A stretch of DNA of 63,984 nucleotides, filler included, from Thelocarpon superellum (taxonomy: Eukaryota), in NCBI GenBank assembly GCA_026025795.1. It is 3 parts of 3 records of this genome, joined end to end, with 100 filler letters (N's around TTAATTAATTAA, not from the genome) between each part and the next. Parts side by side here need not be neighbours in the genome. Positions count along the whole stretch, not along the records: positions 1 to 21,508 come from JAPEUG010000311.1; positions 21,609 to 43,063 come from JAPEUG010000312.1; 1 more part is not named here. One strand, written 5' to 3'. Positions 13,061 to 23,093 of the stretch are shown here, piece after piece. The notes under the pieces were generated by a model. The model saw only the letters and a program-made list of their open reading frames with translations, was not told the DNA's origin and made no database searches. Every line of letters starts with the position of its first letter. The first letter of the stretch is position 1. Position numbers and translations under genes: made by a program.

Positions 13061-13627
13061 TCTGCTCCAATCTTTATACTCTGGTTCTACGCCAGGCGTA
13101 CAGCCGACCACATTTGGATATGCAGCAACCGATGATCTTAGGGTTTCCGTTTCGGCTGCTCTGGCAGGACACGCTGGGGAGCGTATCAACTTCCCCTTCT
13201 TGTAAGATGCAGCCTCCAAAAGATCCGGTGGACCTCAAGAAGCTGCGGTGTCATGCCTAAGCGCGGGCGTTGTAACCGCGGAGCCGCGGAGCGACGGAGA
13301 ACGAGAATAGACGACGAATCGTTGGCCCAATCAGGGAACAGCTGACAGGGGTTCTAGTGGCCAGTCAGATTCCATTTTCATGCCCGAAGCTATTTCTGCA
13401 GTGGAAGGCTGGCTCATGTCGTCACGGGCCACGTTCTGTACCCTTCCAAGGCTCTACGCAGTCAAAGGCCCCACGAGATTTGGGAGGGCAGAAGACTCGA
13501 CTCCCCACACTCTGCAATCCTGCAGAAGCTATATGTCTGTACAAACCCGGAAACCCTGCAGGATGGAGATGCGTACTTGCGGATGGACTCTAGACTCCCA
13601 TGTCCCGTGAAGGATTTTCTGCAATCC

Positions 13628-13717
13628 CTTACACTTTCCACGGATTTCCTACACTTTCCTTGGCTCCCCCGCACTCTCCTTGGATCCCTCATACTTTCCT
13701 CGGATCCCGAATACTTT
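13628..13717. repeat. Degenerate 20-bp tandem repeat, ~4.5 copies
   Basis: Units CTTACACTTTCCACGGATTT, CCTACACTTTCCTTGGCTCC, CCCGCACTCTCCTTGGATCC, CTCATACTTTCCTCGGATCC and partial CGAATACTTT at exact 20-bp spacing. Confidence 0.8.
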
Positions 13718-13942
13718 GTGATAGGCCCCTGGCTATTGAGTATACTGGGGCATGGCACGCACGACGATACGTGCACTCCTCAATCGTACTACGCGGGCAT
13801 CCGACGTGTAAGTTGGTCAATTCATCACTAGACTTTCCAAAAGGTCTAAGCGACGACGTGGAGAATAAGAACAGAAGAAAGCATCAGGATGCATTGCCGC
13901 TCGCTTCGCGCAAGCCTTTCCGTCCCTCCACGAGCTCGGGCC

Positions 13943-15274
13943 CTAGGAGGTGGGGGCGGTGCCGTTGTTCATGTCCTGCAGCTGGTAGGGGCTCGAGGAG
14001 GCCTGGAACCACGAGTTCTTGGACGCCCACGGTCTCTCGGCGTAGAAGTTCGCGTGGCTGATGGTGTCGCCAAACCAGATGGGCCCATGGGCGCCGACGA
14101 TGCCGTGGTCCGGCCGCGGCGGCGGCTGCACGATCCAGCAGTTGTCGAGCACGCCGGTGTTGAAGCTCTCTTGAAGCCCATACTGCCAGAAGTTGCCGTT
14201 GGTCGTCATGCCCTTGACCACCAGATTGTTGACGTGCTCTGCGCCAATCGTCGGCATGGTGGTTGGCCCAATGGGCACCGACAGGGCAAAGTTGGCTTGA
14301 AAGTCGGGAAACTGCGCCCAGCCTGGCGCGGTGATCTTGAGGATACCGTCGGAGAGGAGGCGCGACTTGTCCCAGTCGGCCTCCATCCACTGCACGCACT
14401 CGGGAAAGATGTAGTGCTTCGGGTCGGTGGTGATGGAGCAAAACACCCACCCGGGCGCGCTGTTAGGGGTGGCGGAGAGCCAGGCGGAGCGGTTGAAGCC
14501 CTCGGGGACTTGGAAGGTGGCGACCAGATTGTCCATCGACTGCATCACCGCATACGACCAAAGATCGCCCTCGTCGATCCAGACAGTGCCACCGAGGATG
14601 GTGATGTCGTGGGTGTAGCCGATGTAGAACATCTCGCCCGGTCGTTGGTCGAGGTTCTGTGCGTTGATGGTGATGACTAACGTCACCCCCCGGAGGTCGA
14701 GTGTATACCCGCCGCCATTGGTAAGTTCGATGTTTTCGCCATTCACGGTATTTGTATCGGTGCTCAAGCCATGCACAGGCCCGAGGCCGTAGGAGTAGAT
14801 CCCCGGGGCAATCTTGATGAACTTGGCGCCCTCTCCAGTCACCTTCCACATCCATTTCTCGAGGTCCAGCAGATCGATCGTCGAGCTGCTGGGCGTGTAG
14901 ACGACTGCGTCGGCTGGCACCGGATCTGTGGGCTCGGGGGCGCAGAGGTTGTCGCCGTTGATGGGGAAGCTGGCCATGCCGACTGGCGCCAATGACCCGG
15001 CGCTGCACGAGACCTTCTTGAAGCCGGGGCTCGGGTCGGAAGGCGCGCTGCCGATGGGGCCGGCGGGGGCGACGGTGCTGGTGCCTGCCGCTGCAGCCGA
15101 GGTGGGACTGGAGGGAGCGTCGGCTGCTGCGGCTGAGGCATCGCTCGACGATGGGGCAGCCAGGGAGCCATCGGGATTGACCATGACCCACTGCGTGTCG
15201 CATGCGTTGTCGGCCACAGGCGCAGTGGATGCGACAGCAGCCAGGAGGCCGAGGACAAGGGAAAGATGCTTCAT
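13943..15274 (-). CDS. Secreted protein (~443 aa), putative right-handed parallel beta-helix (pectin-lyase-like) fold
   Basis: Signal peptide MKHLSLVLGLLAAVASTA at ATG 15274, a Ser/Ala/Pro linker, then IKIAPGIY, YTLDLRGVTLVIT, DITILGGTV and NNLVVKGMT. Intronless ORF with coding-like codon usage. The fold is inferred. Confidence 0.75.
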   Translation of the reverse strand: MKHLSLVLGLLAAVASTAPVADNACDTQWVMVNPDGSLAAPSSSDASAAAADAPSSPTSAAAAGTSTVAPAGPIGSAPSDPSPGFKKVSCSAGSLAPVGMASFPINGDNLCAPEPTDPVPADAVVYTPSSSTIDLLDLEKWMWKVTGEGAKFIKIAPGIYSYGLGPVHGLSTDTNTVNGENIELTNGGGYTLDLRGVTLVITINAQNLDQRPGEMFYIGYTHDITILGGTVWIDEGDLWSYAVMQSMDNLVATFQVPEGFNRSAWLSATPNSAPGWVFCSITTDPKHYIFPECVQWMEADWDKSRLLSDGILKITAPGWAQFPDFQANFALSVPIGPTTMPTIGAEHVNNLVVKGMTTNGNFWQYGLQESFNTGVLDNCWIVQPPPRPDHGIVGAHGPIWFGDTISHANFYAERPWASKNSWFQASSSPYQLQDMNNGTAPTS

Positions 15275-16211
15275 GTTGGCTGTTGACCGATGGAGCCAAG
15301 TAGAACCAAAGTGAAAAGGAGCGTGTGGCGTGCTAGAGGAGAGCACAAGAACCAAAACAGCGACCCAGTCGCTATATCACGGCGAAAGATGGTGCATCTG
15401 TGGAAGGAGTGAACACAGTTAGCCATCCAAGCGTCTGCGATTGAGGAAATGGATCAATTATATGCAAAATTGTTATCATGGATGATAACATGTGTGACAA
15501 GCAACATTTGACAGAGAATAGTATGCGGGCTACAGGAGATTGTGCTTGTTTCAGAAGTGCTGTTTGCGCGGCACAGGACAGGCATCGATCGTGTTGGTAA
15601 TTATTGAACAGGTCATGTTCGGCGCCGATCCCGTTCTAGCGGCCAGTTCCGCTGCCGCAACTCGACCGCTAGCGCTGGGTCATTTGCCTCCCGCCCGGAG
15701 CCCGGCTAGCCTAACTGCTACCAGCAGTGACATGGAAGTCAGGTGGTTCGTCGTTAACTAACTGCTTCGTGCCACTGGGCGTCAAGAGGCCCTGTACCCC
15801 GGGCAATTCGGCACTAGGCACAAGCGACATTAGAAGTCGTATCGCTAGGCCCATTCGAATGAGCCAGGGGCGCTCATATGAGTACGGCTTGGCAGGCTTG
15901 TTGGCGAGCCGCCCGTGGCTTGGCCGTGCGTCGGCAGACGACTTCCCTCGATTCTTATCCTTCTGGAACGGACATGGATCGCGACACAGCCTATGCAGCT
16001 TTCGACAGTGGCGGGCCCCGTCTAATCACCGCGTGCGCCACTCCGGAGCTGCGCTCGCGACCTCGGAGCTTTGCTCCGGGGTTACACGTACGTGGGAGGG
16101 CAGGATGGGTAAGCAGGCCAATTCACAATGATGACCTTCCACTAATAAAGTTGACGCTGCAATGCGAGAAATGGCCCCATAAGTGCTGAGTAACCACCCC
16201 TTTCTCACAGG

Positions 16212-16566
16212 CGTGAGAGGATTTGTGGAGAAGTTGGACTAGGCCTGCTGAGACTCCCGAGTCCGACTGGATCAGGACGAGAAGTGGTGCTTGCGAGCAA
16301 TCTACTACAACATAGGAAGCATACTACTAGATAGGAGTACTGTGACGACGAGGCCTACAGCTAGGCGGAAACAGTAGACGTAGTCAATAGGAGTTGACGT
16401 GGCGGCTCGTTAGGGCTCATAGACTTATTCCTAGCCTCCTCGTGCTACTCGAGTTGAACGCCGGGGCTCTGCTAGCTCGCAGCGAGCCAGATCACGTGCA
16501 TAATCACGTGACTATCACATGACCTCTGCTATCCTCACAGCGAGGCGTGGAGCTCCCGGCCTCACA
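16212..16566 (-). mobile_element. Possible degenerate solo LTR or TE relic
   Basis: The minus strand starts TGTGAGG..., contains an internal TGTGAGG and clustered CACGTG motifs, and ends ...CTCACG. TpA/TAG-rich with no ORFs. No TSD found. Confidence 0.35.
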
Positions 16567-16751
16567 AGTAATGTTACTGCTATTAGTGAAGCGGCGCGCA
16601 CGTGACTTTAGTCCCGTTCGCCTTCATCTACGATCTCAGCTACGCGTGAAATTTGCAATACGGCTCTGATTGCCACACCAGTAGTAGTAGTATGCTGACG
16701 CACGTATTTCTATAGCACAACAGGGATGAAACTATCTCCTTTGGATCCTAC

Positions 16752-16943
16752 TGTTACGCGTCCGGCTTTACGGCCTGTGATGTCGGATCACGTGATCGTT
16801 TGAGACACCGCCTCGCCCGGTCATCAACCACGCTCGTTTGCAATTCCCTTTTCTCTTCTTTAAGAATCAGTTTTGTCACTAATGTGTCCTCAGTCATCAG
16901 TCAATCAAGTCAAGAATGTTAGCAGTACATGGCGTACGTAATA
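16752..16943 (+). mobile_element. Probable solo LTR (192 bp) of an LTR retrotransposon
   Basis: Starts TGTTACG and ends CGTAATA (inverted terminus CGTAACA with one C>T). Flanked by CCTAC (16747-16751) and CGTAC (16944-16948), a 5-bp TSD with one mismatch. Confidence 0.6.
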
Positions 16944-18214
16944 CGTACTCGACCAACGTGACTTGATTACGTGATGCTGCTTTCCTCGAATATATTGTTG
17001 CGCAGAGGGGATACAGCGAAAGATAGCACCAAGGCTAGTGGTTAAATCTCTACTTGGGTCTCCCCATACAAAATATATGGGAACCCCTAAGGCAGCATTT
17101 CCCGTTCTTCCCTTCGCGATCAGCTGCTGTAGCCGTAGATTTGGTCATCCACCAACATATATCAAGTAGCTAGCTAGCCAAGTGAATGAAGCACCTTACA
17201 CCCTCATCTCCGTATGCTATAGGCGTAGCACATATGCTCTAGGAGACTTCGGGCTGCAACATCTGACAATCCTACTAGCACCTAAAGCAGCACTAGCAAA
17301 ATAGCGCTATTTGTACTGTCGGACATCGCGGCTCCAGGACCCGAAAAACATTCTTCGATGAGATATCGGGAGGCGACTCCGATTATTCATTGACAAATTT
17401 GCAAAGTCCCCATCTCGAGTTAGATGGCTTGATTAGACATTCAGCAATCATCATGCAAGCGTAAAAGACAAGGATCTCCGTGCGGCGATGGTGCAACAAA
17501 GGTACGAGATCTCGGAGGATTCATCCGGTGGTGTGAGATGCGCCACTTTCGCCCATAATCAAGGCAAAAAGCCGCAGCTAAACATATAACACCCAATCGT
17601 CCCAAAGCACCTATGAAGGTGCTGCTCTGCAAAGCTGAACACTCGCTCTCAATGCATATGCCCTTGCCCGACCATGCCAGCGTTTTCGGGTTCAATATGG
17701 CAGCTCATATGCTGCTACCTTCCCGCTGTCCTGGGCAACACCTTCTCCGACCACTCATTCGAACTTTTAACGGAACTTGGCTTGCCACTACCTACAGCAG
17801 AGCTTGTGGCCTCCGAGATAGGCGATTGTACACATTCATTGGTCGTTCAAGACCACGCCATCCATGCCGTGGCGTCAATGCCGAGCAATAATCACCCTGT
17901 GTCGGTCGACGTCAAGCTGTTTCCTTTGGAATATGTCTCGGGCATGTAATCGAAATCTGCTCCTCCTCTTGCGTTGATGGGTTTGACTACCCGTACATCA
18001 CCCCCAGTGATTTCCCCGGCTCACGCTACCGCCCTCCGCCAGCTCCCCCTGTCTCCGTATCTTCACCCCCCTTCTTGATCAAAGCTAACAATGCATTCTT
18101 CTCTTCAGAGACCGCCCGCGCGCGTGTGCATCTTCGTAGCCCACAGGCTCAATCCGGAACCGTCTTCTACAACCCCTTACAGGCTCGGAACCAGGCAGTT
18201 TACCTGGCGTACCA

Positions 18215-19081
18215 ATGTACGGCAATATTCTCTCTTGGCGGCTATCGATCGGTCAACCTAGGAGACGGCCGGACGGGACTGGGTACGTGCCTCAGCGGAG
18301 GCACTCTTTCCTCCATCAGAGCGCTGATCCAATACGCGCACTAGATCCAAATCGGACCATTCTCGAGGTCACTCTTGGGGCATTCGACGACCGAGATCTC
18401 ATCGAGCGAGAACAGGAACAGAGCCTTGTCCAAACTCCTTTGATTGGAACCAGCAGTAAGCGCAAGGTGTTAAATCGCTTGAAAGACACGGCGCGAAAAC
18501 TGCGCAACCAGGCGAACAAGATAAAAAGCGCGGCGAAGAGGATCCATCCGTCGGGAGCAGCATCTAAGCAACCACAGCAGGCTGCGCTGCTAAGCCATTA
18601 TTCCGATCTGGGAGCCAACCTGGACGCCCAGATTGTCACGCTAATGACGGCCTATCGCCGCACGGCAGCAGCGATAGGGACGGCTTTACAACCCGAGCAA
18701 ATCACCAAGTCCATCTCGGATCCATCTTGCAGCTCGGTGACTGTCGGTCTAGACGATTGCATGCGGCTAGAGAATCTCTTCCAGGCCGGCGGGGACGGCA
18801 CGCTTAAAGTGCACGCCAGCCAACCATTGCTACAGACCTCGAGCTCGGACGCAGGTACGTACCAGGAGTCCTTGCAGATACAAGAGCCGACTGCGCCTGA
18901 CACGCTACCCGCAACCAGCATGCGGTGTCCTCCTCGCTGCCAAGGAAGACACGAATGTCACCTGGGCTGCGACTTGGGACGGCCTCCATACCACGCTGAC
19001 GGGATGCCGGCACGCGGATGGCGCTCATGCGGAGCGGACCAAACTGCGAGTATTCCGCGACAACGGCACCCTGGTGCCTGA
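18215..19081 (+). CDS. Hypothetical ORF or gene relic of unknown function
   Basis: 288-aa open frame with a protein-like helical/basic middle (KVLNRLKDTARKLRNQANKIKSAAKRIH). No recognisable domain; surrounded by broken protein-like fragments. Confidence 0.3.
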   Translation: MYGNILSWRLSIGQPRRRPDGTGYVPQRRHSFLHQSADPIRALDPNRTILEVTLGAFDDRDLIEREQEQSLVQTPLIGTSSKRKVLNRLKDTARKLRNQANKIKSAAKRIHPSGAASKQPQQAALLSHYSDLGANLDAQIVTLMTAYRRTAAAIGTALQPEQITKSISDPSCSSVTVGLDDCMRLENLFQAGGDGTLKVHASQPLLQTSSSDAGTYQESLQIQEPTAPDTLPATSMRCPPRCQGRHECHLGCDLGRPPYHADGMPARGWRSCGADQTASIPRQRHPGA

Positions 19082-19669
19082 CGGAGTAAGCGTGGACGGG
19101 GGATCCGGGCAGAAGGGGTACAGTGTGCAGGGTGAGTTTCGGACGTTTCTCATCAGTAATTGCGGACGCTGACCCTTCGATACGTCGTCGGATTAGATGT
19201 CGCAGTGGCCTTTATCACCCTCTCGCTCACCCGGTCTGCCTCTCCTGAATGACAACGAAGACGAGATGCCGCGTGCACTTTCTGTTTCCTTTCATATCTC
19301 TACCAGTTTGGTTGTTCGCTGGATTGATTGGCATTGCTTGATACCCGGCTTTTTTGGTTCCCTTTTGAGTCAGACGCTCATTCAGCGTTGAAACTTACAT
19401 TGCCGTTTCTGTTCTTGCTTCCGATTTTGCTTCCTTTTCTGCTTCTGTGAATAGCTACACGTCGACGATAAAGGAGACGGAAAGACGAAGAGACGGAAAT
19501 ATACAAGGCACAAGGCATAATAGCGAAGCAAGCAAGCAAGGCTCCGCGGCCCACCCACCTACTCATCTATCCAAACAAGTTCCGCCCTCCCTGTTAGAAT
19601 CAAGCTTCGTCGACACCGGCGATCCTCGCTTGAATTGTTCATACCCATACCCATACCCACACCCCTGCC

Positions 19670-21060
19670 CTAAACATATCGACTGGCCAAACCGAGCCAA
19701 CTCTTGATAAACGCTCCCACTGGTATCGCTTCCCGCATCGACGTACAACCCCCCCTGCTATCAAAACCGCTCGCCAACCTTTCGACGCGTCCACCTAAAT
19801 GGCTGCTCCCGTCTTTGCCTACCCCGACTTCTTTGGCTTTTCCTTGTCCAGATTCTCCAGATCGATATCGGCCGTCTTCGTGACGCCATGGTCTTCGCTG
19901 TGCACGGACTTTAAGGATAGGGTCTTGGATGTTCGTCGGCATGATATCCGCGGCCCCATCTCATGGCTGCTTATTCTCGCTGACCTCAGCCTTGCGCTCG
20001 CTTGTACCGTGAGATGACGGGGCCTCGGATCCGGACTGCTGCCCGCTTTGTGCCGAACATTTCTCGTCGCTCTTTGAGCCAGACGAGCCACCCGACTTGC
20101 GGAGCGAAGATGGTAGATCTTTGAGTCGATGTCAGAGCGGCTGAGTCACCGGTAGACACCCGACTTCAATGCCGACGTTGCCCTCGAACAGCGAGCAGAT
20201 ATCCCACCGTACCACGTTATAGGTGATGTCCGTTTCCTTGTAGGACAGGCTGGTGGCGGCCAGGCGGGCGACGCTCACAACGCAGATACTGCAGCGGTGT
20301 CAGCACTACGGGGAACCAGCCACTGCAGAGAGAGAGGGACGAAGGGGAGGAGGTGGTGCTTACAAGGCACCCATCAGGAAGATCAACTTCGGCCCGATCC
20401 GCGTTTTCTTCTCCAGATTGGCACGCCAGACAATGGGCATCGGAACGATCAAGATGTTGATATCGGCGATCACGTTCATGGCCGCAGTGAAGACGGAGAT
20501 GGCATAGGTGTCGACGCAGAGGCCAGGAACTTGAGGCTCCCACGCGCGCCAGAATGGGGTGCAGCCGAAGATGATGGTGAGGAAGCTAGCGACCTCGAAG
20601 CCGGCGATGACAACATGATGACGCACACAATCCAGAGGAACTTGCGATCGGTTTCGAACAAGCAAAGGTAGAGGAGTTGGATCGCTATCTTGGCCGACCG
20701 CAGCACGGCGGTGTAAACCATGGCGACAGCGAGATACCACTATATCGACCGGATGATCCATGTTTCTCCTCTAGCCCAGGGTGCGTTGGGCGTGTTCAAC
20801 ACGTACCTTGAGGAATGCCGGGGCCAAGTCCACGAGACGCACGTTCCAGATGTGCTTCCCCGAACCGCCGGATTCACGCAAGTGCAGGGAGATGAAGTAG
20901 GTGAGGGACATGGCGTAGGCGAAGAATGACATGTAGTCATCCTGGCTCAGCTTCTGCGGGGCCAGCCCTGGGCGATCCAGAGCCGTGAGATGAGATGCAT
21001 GACGACGAAGATGCCGGCGAGGGCCACGGTGAGGATGGAAATGGCCGTCTCTAGCTGGGC
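19670..21060 (-). pseudogene. Frameshifted PTH11-like (fungal rhodopsin-domain) integral membrane gene
   Basis: Fragments: DDYMSFFAY...GSGKHIWNV; AKIAIQLLYLCLF; IFGCTPFWRAWEPQVPGLCVD...MNVIADINILIVPMPIVWRANLEKKTRI; ICVVSVARL. The frame changes near 20610 without splice signals, and further breaks follow. Confidence 0.75.
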
Positions 21061-21508
21061 TTGTGATTCGGGGGCAGCGAAGTTGGTCGTCTAGCCTTGC
21101 GGAGGCGGCGCCGCGGGCGTATTCACCGTGGCCGATGGTGGCGAGGCCATCCTGGAACTCGATCAAGGTGATGCTTTTTGATAGACCGAGGCTGATCGGG
21201 GGGCTAGCGAGACCGAGACCGAGACCGAGACCTCGTACACAGACGACGATAGCTTGGACTTTCGAATGACGAGTCTGTTACCTTCTCACTTGTTCAAGAT
21301 CAATGGTCCCGTCTTGTGGTACTCCGATGTTGTCCATGATCCTGAGGGATGCAGATCCTCATATCACATACACCGTACGGGCGGACGATCGGCGATAGAG
21401 CCCCGGGGCCCCAGACAGCGATCGAGGACGAGCATAATCCAGCCTTATGAAATCGCAGGCTGAAGCGAGGGGCAGCATGTTCAAGCACACGGCCTCCTCT
21501 ACCGTCCC

Positions 21509-21608
21509 NNNNNNNNNNNNNNNNNNNNNNNNNNNNNNNNNNNNNNNNNNNNTTAATTAATTAANNNNNNNNNNNNNNNNNNNNNNNNNNNNNNNNNNNN
21601 NNNNNNNN
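21509..21608. other. Artificial assembly spacer (44 N + TTAATTAATTAA + 44 N)
   Basis: Directly visible. The 12-mer puts stop codons in all six frames. Confidence 0.98.
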
Positions 21609-21720
21609 AGATGGCCACGCCCGCACGAACGAAGCGTAATCGTCGGACGCTGGCCGACGCTTGCACATGACGGTCATCCGTGACCTCCTCGATCACGTAC
21701 GCTTGGGGATGCTTGGACAT
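21609..21720 (-). CDS. Possible 5' end of a gene truncated by the gap
   Basis: ATG at 21720 opens MSKHPQAYVIEEVTDDRHVQASASVRRLRFVRAGVAI, which runs into the N spacer. No homology recognised. Confidence 0.2.
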
Positions 21721-23093
21721 GTTGACGGGTCACAGAAAGGTCTGTAGAGCACGACTCATCGATGAAAGTGGCCGCGGTGACCATGGACAGTGGAGCATCG
21801 GCCATCTTTTTATCTTGGACCCTCGCCGGAACAGCGTCGGCCGTAGACATCAGCACGCTCGTCCCCGGCGGTTCCAGGGCTGGCGGCGGGCGTGCTGGAC
21901 CAATCTGCGGCGGCGGCCAATGAGCGAAGCGCCCACCACGGTCGCACAACCGACGAAAATGGAAACATGACGAACGCGGCGACGTCTGGTGGAACGCGGT
22001 CCGCGGACGCCCACGGGGGAGGAAGGGCGCTCATTCGTCAGAGGGGATCGGTGCCTCGCCTAGTGCCGGCGGCTGGAAGCGCCCGTCCACGGCGCCATGC
22101 AGCCACCCTTCTGCCCTCTTCATCTCAGCGACCGGCGAAGCTATTTTCGACGCGAAACTTCGGCCAGAGCGGGTAGACTAAGCAAAGTGCCGGGGTATAC
22201 ATTGGATGCGATCCGACTGGGCTGATGGCGCGTCCAGGGAGGATAATGGCGGTAATGCTGGACATGCGACGGACCTTTCGCTGCGGTGCAAGCTGGACCT
22301 CGATCGTCACATCTACCAATGCCGTCTGACCTCGTGACCAACGCAACTGGGCAGCTCCGTACCTGCGGATGGTACGAGGGGCCCAAGGCGGGAGTACCAC
22401 CACCTAGACAGGTACTCTAGCAAAGTGCGGCTTTCGCGTCTTGGAATTTGTACGGTCACACCCCGCTAATTTCATTGTCGGACGTCGCACCCTTCGTCGC
22501 CACAATCTGGAAAATCAGAGTGGCCCGTGAGCAGGGTGGCAGTTTCTGTGCGGTGTGCCTGATTGCTCACGGCTGGAGACAGTGGTCTGTGTATGCCCCA
22601 GCTCTATTGTCAAGGAGCAGACACTTGCGTCTTAGAGGTGCCCCATGCTACTGTACATCGATGGCCTGATGTGACAGGGAAGGCCTCAATCTTATTCAAC
22701 AATCAGGAGCCTTCCAGTGGACTGTGTCAATGGGCTCGCAAAGAGGGCAGACAGCCGGAGGCCGGGGCGGGCTCGCCGAGGAGCCGCCATCAGTTTTGGG
22801 GCAGCTCCTTGGGGCAGGGTCCGAACCGCGTCGGGGAGTCCTTGAGCTGTATAGGTACAAGTAGCCCTCCGACCAAGGTGACGCCATGACAATACTAGGG
22901 TCGATGCATCAACTTCCACTCTTTCGGATGGTAGCAGCATGGTATCACCGCCTCTCTCCTCATGTTCGGTCGGTAGAGAGAAGATATGGACTCCAGGACC
23001 ACGACCAGGACCAGGAAGCCGATAACTACGCAGCTAGATACAAGAAGGCGGACGGACGCACATGAACACATAGATGATCTTCTCGTCTCGTTT

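Noticed and set aside
12200..21508. Intact transposon or Starship element
   Set aside because: No transposase, reverse transcriptase, integrase or tyrosine recombinase motifs are recognisable, and there are no defined element ends.
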